The position numbers and the translations under genes are program-made. The notes below the pieces were generated by a model. That model had not been told where the DNA came from and searched no databases. It was given only the letters and a program-made list of their open reading frames with translations. From contig CAWJMO010000020.1 of assembly GCA_963843865.1 (NCBI GenBank), forward strand, positions 46,553 to 110,552: a DNA stretch of 64,000 nucleotides, given 5' to 3'. Position 1 is the stretch's first letter. Each line of letters opens with the position of its first letter. Positions 43,755 through 53,530 of the stretch are shown piece after piece. This stretch comes from an uncultured Solirubrobacteraceae bacterium. Lineage in GTDB: Bacteria > Actinomycetota > Thermoleophilia > Solirubrobacterales > Solirubrobacteraceae.

Positions 43755-44914
43755 ATGGACCACATCACGTTCCTCGTGGCGGTCGTCATCGTCACGGCGC
43801 TGGCCTTCGACTTCACCAACGGATTCCACGACACCGCCAACGCGATGGCCACCTCCATCGCCACCGGCGCCCTGCAAGCCCAAGACAGCGGTGCTCATCA
43901 GCGGAGTTCTCAACATCGTCGGCGCGTTCCTGTCCACCGAGGTCGCCAAGACGATCTCCGGCGGCATCGTGGACGACACCCTCGTCACGTCCGGGGATGA
44001 TCTTCGCGGGGCTGGTCGGGGCGATCCTGTGGAACCTGCTGACCTGGCTGGTCGGGCTGCCGTCCAGTTCCTCGCACGCCCTGTTCGGCGGGCTGATCGG
44101 CGCGGTGTGGGTCGGCGCGGGCTCCAACGGCGTGCACTTCGACAAGGTGGTCGAGAAGATCCTGATCCCCGCGGTGGCCTCGCCGGTCGTGGCCGGCGTC
44201 GCCGCCCTGATCGCCACCTACCTCGCCTACAGGATCACCGCCCGCGGCCCGCAAGGACTCGGTCACCAAGGGCTTCCGGCTCGGCCAGATCGCCTCCGCC
44301 TCGCTGGTCTCCCTCGCCCACGGCACCAACGACGCGCAGAAGACCATGGGCGTCATCACGCTGACCCTGATCTCGGCGGGTGCGCTCGGCCACGACGCCG
44401 GCCCGCCGGTGTGGGTGATCGCGTCGGCGGGTCTCGCGATCGGCCTCGGCACCTACATCGGCGGCTGGCGGATCATCCGCACGATGGGCAAGGGCCTGAC
44501 CGAGATCCAGTCCCCGCAGGGCTTCGCCGCCGAGACGGCCTCCACGACCGTCATCCTCACCTCCGCCCACCTCGGCTTCGCCCTGTCCACCACGCAGGTC
44601 GCCTCGGGCTGCATCCTCGGCGCGGGCCTCGGCCGGCGCCTGGCGGAGGTGCGCTGGGGCATCGCCGGCCGCATGGTCGCCGCCTGGCTGATCACGCTGC
44701 CCGCGGCCGCGCTGGTCGGCGGCGTCTCCGCGAGCGTGGTCAAGCACGGCGGAAACCTCGGCACCGTCGTCGTCGCCCTGGTCGGTGCCGCCGTCGCCGC
44801 CGGCATCGTCGTCGTCTCGCGCCGCAACCCGGTGCACGCGCGCACAACGTCAACGACGCCCACGAGGTCGCCATCCGCACCGAGCCGCCGGCCAGCGTCG
44901 GCACGGCCGCCTGA
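43755..44914 (+). CDS. pit: inorganic phosphate transporter, PiT family (about three frame breaks)
   Basis: MDHITFLVAVVIVTALAFDFTNGFHDTANAMATSIATGAL, SSSHALFGGLIG and AHGTNDAQKTMGVITL. Confidence 0.85.
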
Positions 44915-44933
44915 GCCACGGAGAGTTCGCATC

Positions 44934-45191
44934 ATGAGCATCGACTGGACCGCACTCGGCCAGGTCACCGCGGTGAGCATCGGCGTCACCGTCGCCGTGG
45001 TCGTCGTCTTCGCCCTCGGCGTCCTCGGCCTCGCCCGATTCGAAGGGGCACGGCAGGACGGCGGTGGGACCGGCGCTGGAACCGGTGGCGGGGTCTCGTC
45101 CCTCGGTCTCGCCCAGGCCGGCCTGTGCTTCCTCGCCTGCGCGGCCGTAGTGGCGTACGGGATATACCTGATCGTGCCGCAGTTCCACTGA
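44934..45191 (+). CDS. small two-helix membrane protein, hypothetical
   Basis: [33 protein letters not shown]...[26 protein letters not shown], wedged between pit and ppk2. Confidence 0.5.
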   Translation: MSIDWTALGQVTAVSIGVTVAVVVVFALGVLGLARFEGARQDGGGTGAGTGGGVSSLGLAQAGLCFLACAAVVAYGIYLIVPQFH

Positions 45192-45205
45192 CCCCGGGAG
45201 CAAGG

Positions 45206-46113
45206 ATGAACATGCCGCCCCTGCTGTCCGAGTCGGCCGACCTGACGGTCGACTACACCGACCCCGACGACCCCGTACTCATCCGCCCGGACGGAAGCCC
45301 CATCGACACCTGGCGGGAGAACTACCCGTACGCGCACCGGATGGAGCGCAAGGAGTACGACTGGCACAAGCGGCTCCAGCAGATCGAACTGCTGAAGCTG
45401 CAGAGCTGGATCAAGGAGACCGGGCGCCGGCTCGTCATCGTCTTCGAGGGGCGCGACGCGGCCGGCAAGGGCGGCACCATCAAGCGCTTCACCGAGCACC
45501 TCAACCCGCGCGGCGCGCGCGTGGTGGCGCTGGAGAAGCCGACCGAGCGCGAGAGCGGCCAGTGGTACTTCCAGCGCTACGTCGAACACCTGCCGACCGC
45601 GGGCGAGATCGTGCTGTTCGACCGGTCCTGGTACAACCGGGCCGGCGTCGAGCGGGTCATGGGCTTCTGCATCGGACGACGAGTACCGGCGCTTCATGCG
45701 CGCAGGCGCCGCTGTTCGAGCGGATGCTCGCGGACGACGGCGTCGACCTGCTCAAGTTCTGGTTCTCCGTCTCGCAGGGCGAGCAGCGCACCCGCTTCAC
45801 CATCCGCCAGGTCGACCCGGTGCGGCAGTGGAAGCTCAGCCCCATGGACCTGGCCTCCCTGGACCTCTGGGACGACTACACCGCCGCCAAGGTCGCCATG
45901 TTCCGTGAGACGGACACCGAGTACGCGCCCTGGACGGTGGTGAAGAGCAACGACAAGAAGCGCGCCCGCGTCGAGGCCATGCGCAGCGTGCTGGCCCGCT
46001 TCGACTACTCCGACAAGGACGAGGAGGTCGTCGGCAGCCCCGATCCACGGATCGTGGGCGCGGCGCCGGGCCTGCTGGAGGCGGGGGAGGACGACAACGA
46101 CGGTCGTCAGTAA
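45206..46113 (+). CDS. ppk2: polyphosphate kinase 2 (one frame break near 45.67 kb)
   Basis: [18 protein letters not shown] (Walker A), [29 protein letters not shown] and [14 protein letters not shown]. Confidence 0.88.
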
Positions 46114-46168
46114 CGCCGAAGCCGTCAGGAAAGCGGAAGGGGCCCGGCCGGTTTCCCGACGCTGTTGG

Positions 46169-47872
46169 TTAATTCGGGGCCTGTTGCTTCGCCCCGTCGA
46201 TCTTCTGGTCGGCGGGGCGAAGTGCTGCGAAGTGGCTGGTGCGGGTGCGGGCCCGGGGTGTTTCGGTGAGGTGGGCGTCGATGCGGGCGAGGTTGATGGC
46301 GGCGCCGGTGAGTTGGTGCTGAAGACTGGTCTTCGCCAGGCCCCGGTAGCGGGATCTGCGCAGGCCGCAGCGCCCGACTGCCTGGGAGATGGTGCCTTCG
46401 ACTCCGGCGCGGATTTTGTAGCGGTCCTTCCAGCCGTCGGTCTGCTGGAGAGCGCGGTGGCGTTGAAGGGTCTGGTGCTCGTCGTGCTGCCGCAGGGTGA
46501 GTTCCCTGCGTTCGGCCTTGGGCGAGCTGACGCAGTCCCGCAGTGCGGGGCAGTGGCGGCAGTCGGCCGGGGAGAACCTGACCCGGATCACGGGGAGCTG
46601 CTGCTGAGAGCTGCGCAGGGCCCACTGGGTGCTGGTGGCTCCGTTTGGGCAGGTGACGTGCTGCTGGTCCCAGTCGATGGTGAAGGCGTCCTGGTCGTAG
46701 CCGCTGCCGTTCTTCGCCTGGGCGACGGTGACGGCTTGCAGCGGTCCGTGCAACTCGATGCCGTGCTCACGGCGGGCGGCCGCGATCTGGGCGGCGGTGG
46801 CATATCCGGTGTCGACCCAGTGCTCGCCGGGCAGGCAGTCCCGTTCGGTGAGGCCGTTGTGGATCGTCTCGCTCATCACGCTGTCGGGGACGGTGGCGTC
46901 GGTCGTGGCCACGTTCGTGATCAAATTCGGGGTGTCCGGCTCGCAGGTCTCGGTGAGATGGGTCTTGTATCCGTCCCAGAGGATGTCGCGTTTCTTGCTG
47001 CCCCTGGCTTCGGGGTCATAGGGCGTGACCAGGCGCTTCGCGCCCGGCGGGCGGTCTTTTGGGTCCCGCCGCCGCACCTCGCCCCCGGTCAGGTGGAAGT
47101 GCTGGACCCACATCTGCCGCAGGACCTTCACCTGCTCCAGCTCCCGCAGTGCGGCCGGTGCCTGGGGCGAGAAGACGGCCTCAAGCAGTCGCGTCCCGTC
47201 CGTCCCGATCCGCCGGCCGACCTCCTCCCGTTTGGCGTGGGCCTTGGGAAACCGGGAGTCCTCGGCCCGGGTGGCGTAATGCCGGAACCAATCGGGCTCG
47301 GCGATCTCCACCAGCCAGTCGGGGGCCGCCTGCGCGAGCGTGTTTAACGCCGAACGGAGCGTTTCCGCGACCATCTCCAGCCAGCACAGCTCCCGTGCCG
47401 CGGACTGCACATGCGTGGAGTCAGTGCGAGCCCGACCGGCGGTCTTGAGCAGTCCCTTGTCCCGGGCCGCGTGCAGGATGCCGTCCAGCACCCGCCTGCC
47501 AGCCTCCGCATCGATGAGACGGTCCCGGAACTCTGACAGCACCGAGAAGTCGAAGCCAGGATCAGCCAGTTCCAGCGCGAGGGCGTATTTGAAGTCGATC
47601 CGCGCCCGCACCGCCTCGGCGGCCTGCCGGTCGGTGAGCCCCTCGACGAACTGCAACACCAGCACCAGCGCGAGCCGGCCCGGTGACCAGGCGGGCTTCC
47701 CCCGCGCCGGGAACAGATCGGCGAACTCCTCGTCGGTGAACAGCGGCCCCAGCTCGTCCCGGACCCGGATCGCCAGGCTCCCCTTCGGGAACGCGGCCCG
47801 CGCCACCCGCACCGTCTCCGCCGGGATTTCCCCCGACCCCTTCGGCTGCATAGACATCGACACCCACCCCAT
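46169..47872 (-). CDS. DDE transposase (IS1182-like)
   Basis: Uninterrupted 567-aa ORF. N-terminal part PAWSPGRLALVLVLQFVEGLTDRQAAEAVRARIDFKYAL, central ...LWDGYKTHLTET..., C-terminal YKIRAGVEGTISQAV..GLRRSRYRGLAKT. Family call is from memory. Confidence 0.85.
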   Translation of the reverse strand: MGWVSMSMQPKGSGEIPAETVRVARAAFPKGSLAIRVRDELGPLFTDEEFADLFPARGKPAWSPGRLALVLVLQFVEGLTDRQAAEAVRARIDFKYALALELADPGFDFSVLSEFRDRLIDAEAGRRVLDGILHAARDKGLLKTAGRARTDSTHVQSAARELCWLEMVAETLRSALNTLAQAAPDWLVEIAEPDWFRHYATRAEDSRFPKAHAKREEVGRRIGTDGTRLLEAVFSPQAPAALRELEQVKVLRQMWVQHFHLTGGEVRRRDPKDRPPGAKRLVTPYDPEARGSKKRDILWDGYKTHLTETCEPDTPNLITNVATTDATVPDSVMSETIHNGLTERDCLPGEHWVDTGYATAAQIAAARREHGIELHGPLQAVTVAQAKNGSGYDQDAFTIDWDQQHVTCPNGATSTQWALRSSQQQLPVIRVRFSPADCRHCPALRDCVSSPKAERRELTLRQHDEHQTLQRHRALQQTDGWKDRYKIRAGVEGTISQAVGRCGLRRSRYRGLAKTSLQHQLTGAAINLARIDAHLTETPRARTRTSHFAALRPADQKIDGAKQQAPN

Positions 47873-47880
47873 ACGACAAC

Positions 47881-47919
47881 GTCGGCTCCCAAGACCACAA
47901 CCGGGTCTTGGGAGCCGAC
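47881..47919 (-). promoter_or_regulatory. perfect 16-bp stem-loop in the transposase 5' leader that buries the likely Shine-Dalgarno
   Basis: GTCGGCTCCCAAGACC (47881-47896) pairs with GGTCTTGGGAGCCGAC (47904-47919). On the mRNA strand the 3' arm carries GGGAG about 14 nt before the ATG at 47872. Confidence 0.6.
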
Positions 47920-48001
47920 GTCACGCACGGGCCCGAATTAACCAACAGCGTCCCGCATTCGGTACCGGGCCCCTCGTCTGCGAACTCTCCTCCCGCCAGC
48001 G

Positions 48002-49429
48002 TCAGTTCGGGTCGGCCGCGACGTCCGGGCGCGGGGTGCGGCCGGGGCAGGTGGCGCGGTGGGCCGGGAGCCGGCCGTCCACCAGGTAGCGGTGGACGAC
48101 TGCGTCGACGTGCGGGTTGCCGCCGAGCACGTACACCTCGTGCTCACCGGAGTCCTCGACGGTGAGCAGATGGTGACCGAGGCGCTCCGCCATCGCCACC
48201 CCGCCGTCGTAGTGGTCCATCGGGTCGCCGTCGGCCTGCACCACCAGGCCCACCGGGTACCCGGCGCGCACCGGCACGACCGGCGGCTCGGCGGGCTCGA
48301 AGGCCCGGAAGGCGCCCACCCAGGGCTGCGCGCGCAGCACCCCGTAGCCGTACGGGAAGCGCTCCCGGAACTCGCGCATGTCCTGGTAGTAGACCTCCGG
48401 GTCGGCGGGCCACTCGTGCTCCAGCGTGATGGCCTCCAGGACGCCCACGCGCAGGGAGCCCTCGCTGTCGTCGGGGCGCCAGGTGCCCTGCTCCTGCAGC
48501 AGCCGCCGGCAGGCCTCGACGTCGCCCGCCTCGGCCGCCTTGCCCAACTCGCCGACGAGCGCGCCGAGTTCGGCCCACTGGCCGCGGTCGGCCGCCCGGT
48601 TTCCGACGGCGCCGTCGAACAGGGTGCGCAGGAACGGCCCCTGCCCGAGGCCGTCGAGGCGTACGACGACGTCCTCCACCGCGGCGAACACCAGCTCCGG
48701 TGTGTCCCCCAGCCCGAAGTGCAGCCGGCGGGCGGCCGTCCACTCGGCCCAGCGCTCGACGTTGCGCCGCACCGCGTCGCCCTGCCACAGGAACTGCTCA
48801 CGCCAGCTCCAGTCGGGGTGGACGCACGAGTCCAGGACGCTGCGGTCGAGGTGAGCGGGAAACAGGGTGCCGTACACGGCGCCGACGTACGCCCCGTACG
48901 CGTATCCGACGAAGGTCAGCCGCTCCTCGCCGAGTACGCCGCGGATCACGTCCATGTCGCGGGCCGTGTTGGCGGTGCTGATGTGGCGGCGCAGCTCGCC
49001 GCCGGCGCGGGCACAGGCCTCCTCGCGCAGCCGCATGTCCTCGGCGAACTGCGGGAACAGCTCGTCGGGCGGGCGGGAGTCGAACGGGGCCCTGGGCACG
49101 GTCACTTCGGCGAGGAGGTTGGTGGACGCGCCGGTGCCGCGCGGATCGAACCCGATCAGGTCGTACACCTCGTGCAGCGGCGTGCCGGCGAACTTGTCCG
49201 GCAGCTCCCGGCCGGCGCCCCAGTCGCCGCCGGGACCTCCGTTGACGCCGAGGAGGATGCCGCGGCGCCGCGGGGGCGCAGTCGCACGGCGGCGGCTGAG
49301 GGCGATCTCGATCCGTTCACCGCCCGGCTCGGCGTAGTCGCGCGGCACCTGGATCGTGGCGTGTTCGAGCAGCTCGTCGTCGGGGTCCGGCGACCACTGC
49401 GGTCGCTGGGCGTAGAAGTCGGTGAGCAC
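48002..49429 (-). CDS. alpha/beta-hydrolase of the tripeptidyl-aminopeptidase (S33) type with Ala in place of the nucleophile Ser; no signal peptide
   Basis: Intact 475-aa ORF. GFDPRGTG. The nucleophile elbow reads GYAYG (codons at the complement of 48893-48907) where the family has GxSxG. It is followed by LFPAHLDRSVLDS. Confidence 0.75.
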   Translation of the reverse strand: MLTDFYAQRPQWSPDPDDELLEHATIQVPRDYAEPGGERIEIALSRRRATAPPRRRGILLGVNGGPGGDWGAGRELPDKFAGTPLHEVYDLIGFDPRGTGASTNLLAEVTVPRAPFDSRPPDELFPQFAEDMRLREEACARAGGELRRHISTANTARDMDVIRGVLGEERLTFVGYAYGAYVGAVYGTLFPAHLDRSVLDSCVHPDWSWREQFLWQGDAVRRNVERWAEWTAARRLHFGLGDTPELVFAAVEDVVVRLDGLGQGPFLRTLFDGAVGNRAADRGQWAELGALVGELGKAAEAGDVEACRRLLQEQGTWRPDDSEGSLRVGVLEAITLEHEWPADPEVYYQDMREFRERFPYGYGVLRAQPWVGAFRAFEPAEPPVVPVRAGYPVGLVVQADGDPMDHYDGGVAMAERLGHHLLTVEDSGEHEVYVLGGNPHVDAVVHRYLVDGRLPAHRATCPGRTPRPDVAADPN

Positions 49430-49467
49430 CGCGAACCTCCGTTCTGGTCAGGAGGTTCAGCGTCTCC

Positions 49468-50939
49468 TCATCGCCTTGAGAAGGCCTGGAACCCGCCCTG
49501 ACCGGACGCTCGGGGCACCGCGAGTGCGGCCAGCAGCCCCGCGGCCGTGAACGCGGCTGCCCCGGTCAGGGCGAGGCCGTAGCCGGAGGCGAGCGCCTGG
49601 ACGGAGGCCGAAGGGCCGGGGCCGGACGCCTCGTCGATACGGTGCGCCGAGAGGGCCGCCAGCGTCACCAGGCCCAGGGCGCTGCCGAGTTGGCGCGTGG
49701 CGTTGAGCAGTCCGGAGCCGAGGCCCGCCTGGTGGACGGGCAGGCCGGCGGTGGCGGCGTTCGTCGTCGCGTTGAGCACCGCGCCCATGCCGAAGCCGAG
49801 CAGCAGTGCGGGGCCCAGCAGATCCGCGACGTAGGTGGCGTGTGCGTCCGCCCGGGCCAGCCACAGCAGGCCCAGGCAGGACAGCGACAGACCGCTCGAT
49901 CAGCACGGGCCGCGGTCCGATGCGCGGGACGAGCGAGGAGACGCCCCAGCCGCCGAGCGCGATGCCCGCCGACAGCGGCAGATAGCTCAGGCCGGTGCGT
50001 ACGGGGCTGTAGCCGAGCACGTTCTGCAGCAGCAGCGTGAAGAAGTAGAAGGTACTGAACAGGGCGGCGACACTGAAGAACGCGACCAGGTTGGCGGCGG
50101 CCACCGAGCGGATGCGGAAGACACCGAGCGGCACCAGAGGATGCGCCGCGAACCTCGCCTGGATCAGTACGAACAGCGCGAGCAGCGCCACCCCGCCGAC
50201 GAGCGGGACGAGCACCACCGGTGACATCCAGCCGTAGGTGTGCGCCTCGGCGACCGCGCAGACCACCGCCATCAGGCCGAGCGTGACGGCGACGGCGCCG
50301 GGCAGATCCGAGACCGGGGCGCGGCCCGTCGCGGTGCGGTCCGCGAGGCACCGCGCAGCAGACGGTCACGAACAGCGCGATCCCGATGGGTACGTTGATC
50401 AGCAGCGTCCAGCGCCAGGACAGCCACTCGGTGATCGCGCCGCCGGCCAGCACACCGACCGCTCCCGCCGCCCCCGACACCCCGCTCCACCAGCCGAAGG
50501 CTTTCGCCCGCGCCTCGGGCCGGGTGAACGTGGTGCCCAGCACGGTCAGCGTGGCCGGTGCCATGACGGCGGCGCCGAGCCCCTGGAAGGCGCGGGCGAG
50601 GATCAGCGTCGCGGGGCTGTGTGCCGCCCCGCCGACGGCACTGGCGAGCGTGAACAGACCGACCCCGGCGAGGAAGACGCGGCGCTGCCCGAACAGGTCG
50701 GCCAGCCTGCCGCCGAGCAGCAAGAAGCCGCAGACGACGACGGTGTACGCGTTGTTGACCAGCTGCAGATGATGCCGGTCCAGACGCAGTTCCTCGGCGA
50801 TCACGGGCAGCGCCACATTGACCACCGAGGCGTCGAGCACGTTCATGAACTGGCCCAGGCAGCAGGCGGCGAGGACGATCCCGAGCCGCTGCCCGGCCCC
50901 GGCGGGCGCGGCGGCGGTCTGCACGGTCGAAGCGGTCAT
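49468..50939 (-). CDS. MFS transporter, DHA2 (EmrB/QacA, 14-TM) type; many frame breaks
   Basis: MTASTVQTAAAPAGAGQRLGIVLAACCLGQFMNVLDASVVNVALPVIAEEL, LLGGRLADLFGQRRVFL and FQGLGAAVMAPATL. The C-terminal helices are in the 49468-49788 frame. Confidence 0.8.
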
Positions 50940-51115
50940 GCGGGCACGCTGCGCCGGCACGGTCGACCTCCGATCGCCCCCCGGTCGTGACCCGGTCGAG
51001 CCGGGCGGCCGCGGCCGCCCGCCTGAGGAGCACTCAAGGGCGTTTCGAGAGCGGATGCCCACAGTCGCCTTCCGAACCGCCGCAGGGCCGGACGACATTC
51101 CCCTAGGAGAGCGCC

Positions 51116-51440
51116 ATGGCCAAGATCACCTACCTGCATCCCAACGGCACCGCCACCGTCGTCGACGTCGAGGCACCCGAACACGGTCATGCGCGGCGCG
51201 AAGCTCAACAACATCGACGGCATCGAGGCCCAGTGCGGCGGCTCCGCCCAGTGCGGCACCTGCCACGTCTACGTCGACGAGGACAGCACCCTGCCGCTGC
51301 CGCCGATGGACTCCGTCGAGGACGACGTGCTGTACGGCACGGCCTGCCCGCGCTCGGACATCAGCCGGCTGAGCTGCCAGCTGCCGGTCTCCGACGCGAT
51401 CGACGGGCTGCTGGTCCACCTGCCCGAGGCGCAGAGCTGA
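51116..51440 (+). CDS. [2Fe-2S] ferredoxin, adrenodoxin/putidaredoxin type (one frame break)
   Basis: MAKITYLHPNGTATVVDVEAP..., then CGGSAQCGTCHVYV and RLSCQL in the 51189-51440 frame. Confidence 0.8.
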
Positions 51441-52709
51441 TGGCCCGCCGACTCCGTCGTCGTCGTCGGGCGCCGGCCAGGGCGGGCTGGAGACGGCGGC
51501 CGCACTGCGGACCACGGGTTACGGGGCCGTGTCACCCTGATCGGCGAGGAGCCGGACCTCCCGTGCCAGCGGCCGCCGCTGTCCAAGGGCTACCTCACGG
51601 GCGCGGTCGCACGCGGGGAATGACCCTGCGCCCGCCGTCGTTCTACAGCGCACAGGACATCGACCTGGTGTCCGGCGACCGCGTCGCCGCAGATCGACCG
51701 GCGAGCGGCGCACCGTGCGGCTGGCCGTCGGGCTGCGCCTGCGCCTACGGCGCAGCTGGTCCTCGCCACCGGCTGCCGGCCCGCGCACCCTTCCGGTGCC
51801 CGGTGCGGACTGCGCCGGTGTGCTGACGCTGCGCGACCTCGCCGACGCCGAGGCGCTGCGGCCGCGGCTGGACGGGCCCGCCCGCCAGGTTGTCGTGGTC
51901 GGCGCCGGGTTCATCGGCCTCGAAGTCGCGGCCACCGCCCGACGGCTGGGCCACGACGTGACGGTCGTCGAGGCGCAGCGGCGCGCCCTCGCCCGTGCCC
52001 TCACGCCCGCCGATGTCGCACGTGTGCTCGCCGAGCGGCACGCGCAGCCGGGCGTCCGGCTGCTGCTCGGCCAGGAGGTCACCGCACTGCACGGCGACGG
52101 CGCGGGCCGAGGTCGCCGTGGTGCGGCTGCGCGACGGCGAGCGGCTGCCCGCGGACCTCGTCGTCGTGGGCATCGGCGTCGTGCCGCACACCGAACTGGC
52201 GCCGCCGCGGCAGGGCTCCTCGTCGGTGACGGCGTCGTCGTCGACCCCCGGCTGCGAACCGACGACCGGCCATGTACGCGATCGGCGACTGCGCCCGTTT
52301 CCCCAGCACCCGCCTGGGGCGTCACATCCGCCTGGAGTCGGTGCAGAACGCCTCCGACCAGGCCCGGTGCGTGGCCGCCGCGATCTGCGGTGAGTCCGCC
52401 CCGTACACCGCGGTCCCCTGGTTCTGGTCCGAGCAGTACGCGTTGCGGCTGCAGATGGCCGGACTGACCGCGGGGCACGACGAGACGGTCACTGTCGGCG
52501 ATCCCGACGGGGCCCGTTTCTCCGTGCTCTGTTTCCGCGAGGGCCGGCTGACCGGCGTCGAGTCGATGGGCAGGCCAGCCGACCACGGCATCGCACGACG
52601 CCTCCTGTCGTCGGACACCGGCCCTTCTCCGGCCGAGACACGAGCTCCCGGCTTCGACCTCAAGTCCTATGCCATGAAGCCGAGTTCGACCGTCCCGGCC
52701 CCCGCGTGA
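51440..52709 (+). CDS. FAD-dependent ferredoxin reductase (several frame breaks)
   Basis: The ATG overlaps the ferredoxin stop (TGATG). DSVVVVGAGQGG after correction, PPLSKGYL, VVVVGAGFIGLEVAATA, YAIGDCARF and WFWSEQY. Confidence 0.85.
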
Positions 52710-52739
52710 CCGCAGACAAGACACCAACACAGGCACCGG

Positions 52740-52767
52740 ATCCACATCCACATCCACATCCACATCC
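52740..52767. repeat. hexanucleotide microsatellite (ATCCAC) x 4.7
   Basis: ATCCACATCCACATCCACATCCACATCC sits in the 117-bp gap before the 52827 ORF. It is followed by ATTCAGA x2 and ACCAG x3 short repeats. Confidence 0.9.
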
Positions 52768-52826
52768 CTATTCAGATCCCGATTCAGAACCAGCACCAGA
52801 ACCAGGCCCAGAGAGGACCTCCCCGC

Positions 52827-53369
52827 ATGCCCGACACCACCCCGGCCGCACCCACGCGTGACCGCCGTATCCGCCGCCTCCGTCCCCGTACCCTCGCGGT
52901 CTCGCTCGTCCTGTCGGCCGCGATCGCCGGGACGCTGACCCTCTCGGCAGCGCCCAGCGGGGCGGCCTCCCGCAACAACGCCACGCTGGCGGGCACCTGG
53001 GACCTCACGGTCTCCGTCACGACACCCGACGGAGGCGCCGCGGTCACCACCCCGCGCTTCGTCTTCACTCCGGACCACCGGCTGTCGGCCGAGGGCCCGA
53101 AGGACAGCGACGGCGTGCCCGCCTATGTGGCCCACGGGTTCTGGAACGAGGAGTCCGACGGCGACATCGCGTTCTACATCAACCACTCCGGCCGCGCGGA
53201 CGGCGCCTACCTCGGCGCGGTACAGGCCGAGCACATGGGCCACCTCACCCGGCACGGCACCCGTTTCAGCTCCCACGCCTACGCCTTCACCACCCAGGAG
53301 GACGGCACCACACAGGGCCCGATAGCGGTCAGCAGCACGGCCGTCCGGGTGTCCGACGCCACCGGGTGA
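52827..53369 (+). CDS. secreted protein of unknown function
   Basis: Intact 180-aa ORF. N-terminus RDRRIRRLRPRTLAVSLVLSAAIAGTLTLSAAPSGAAS looks like a signal peptide. No family recognised. Confidence 0.5.
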   Translation: MPDTTPAAPTRDRRIRRLRPRTLAVSLVLSAAIAGTLTLSAAPSGAASRNNATLAGTWDLTVSVTTPDGGAAVTTPRFVFTPDHRLSAEGPKDSDGVPAYVAHGFWNEESDGDIAFYINHSGRADGAYLGAVQAEHMGHLTRHGTRFSSHAYAFTTQEDGTTQGPIAVSSTAVRVSDATG

Positions 53370-53530
53370 ACCCGCGCGCCGAGACCGGCACACCAGGCCC
53401 GCGTCCCACTCCCGCACGAGTCGGACGCGGGCCTGGCTCGTCCGGCGCTCAAGGCGCCGTCCCTAGCGTTCCGTCACGACCATGCCCTCCCCCCCCGCTG
53501 AGTATCACGCAGCAACGAAGTGAGGCAGAA

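Larger units (their letters stand above)
46158..47952 (-). mobile_element. intact 1795-bp IS element, IS5/IS1182-type
   Basis: Terminal inverted repeats GACGCTGTTGGTTAATTCGGG (46158-46178; complement of 47932-47952) are 21/21 identical. They enclose a single 567-aa transposase ORF. Confidence 0.85.
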
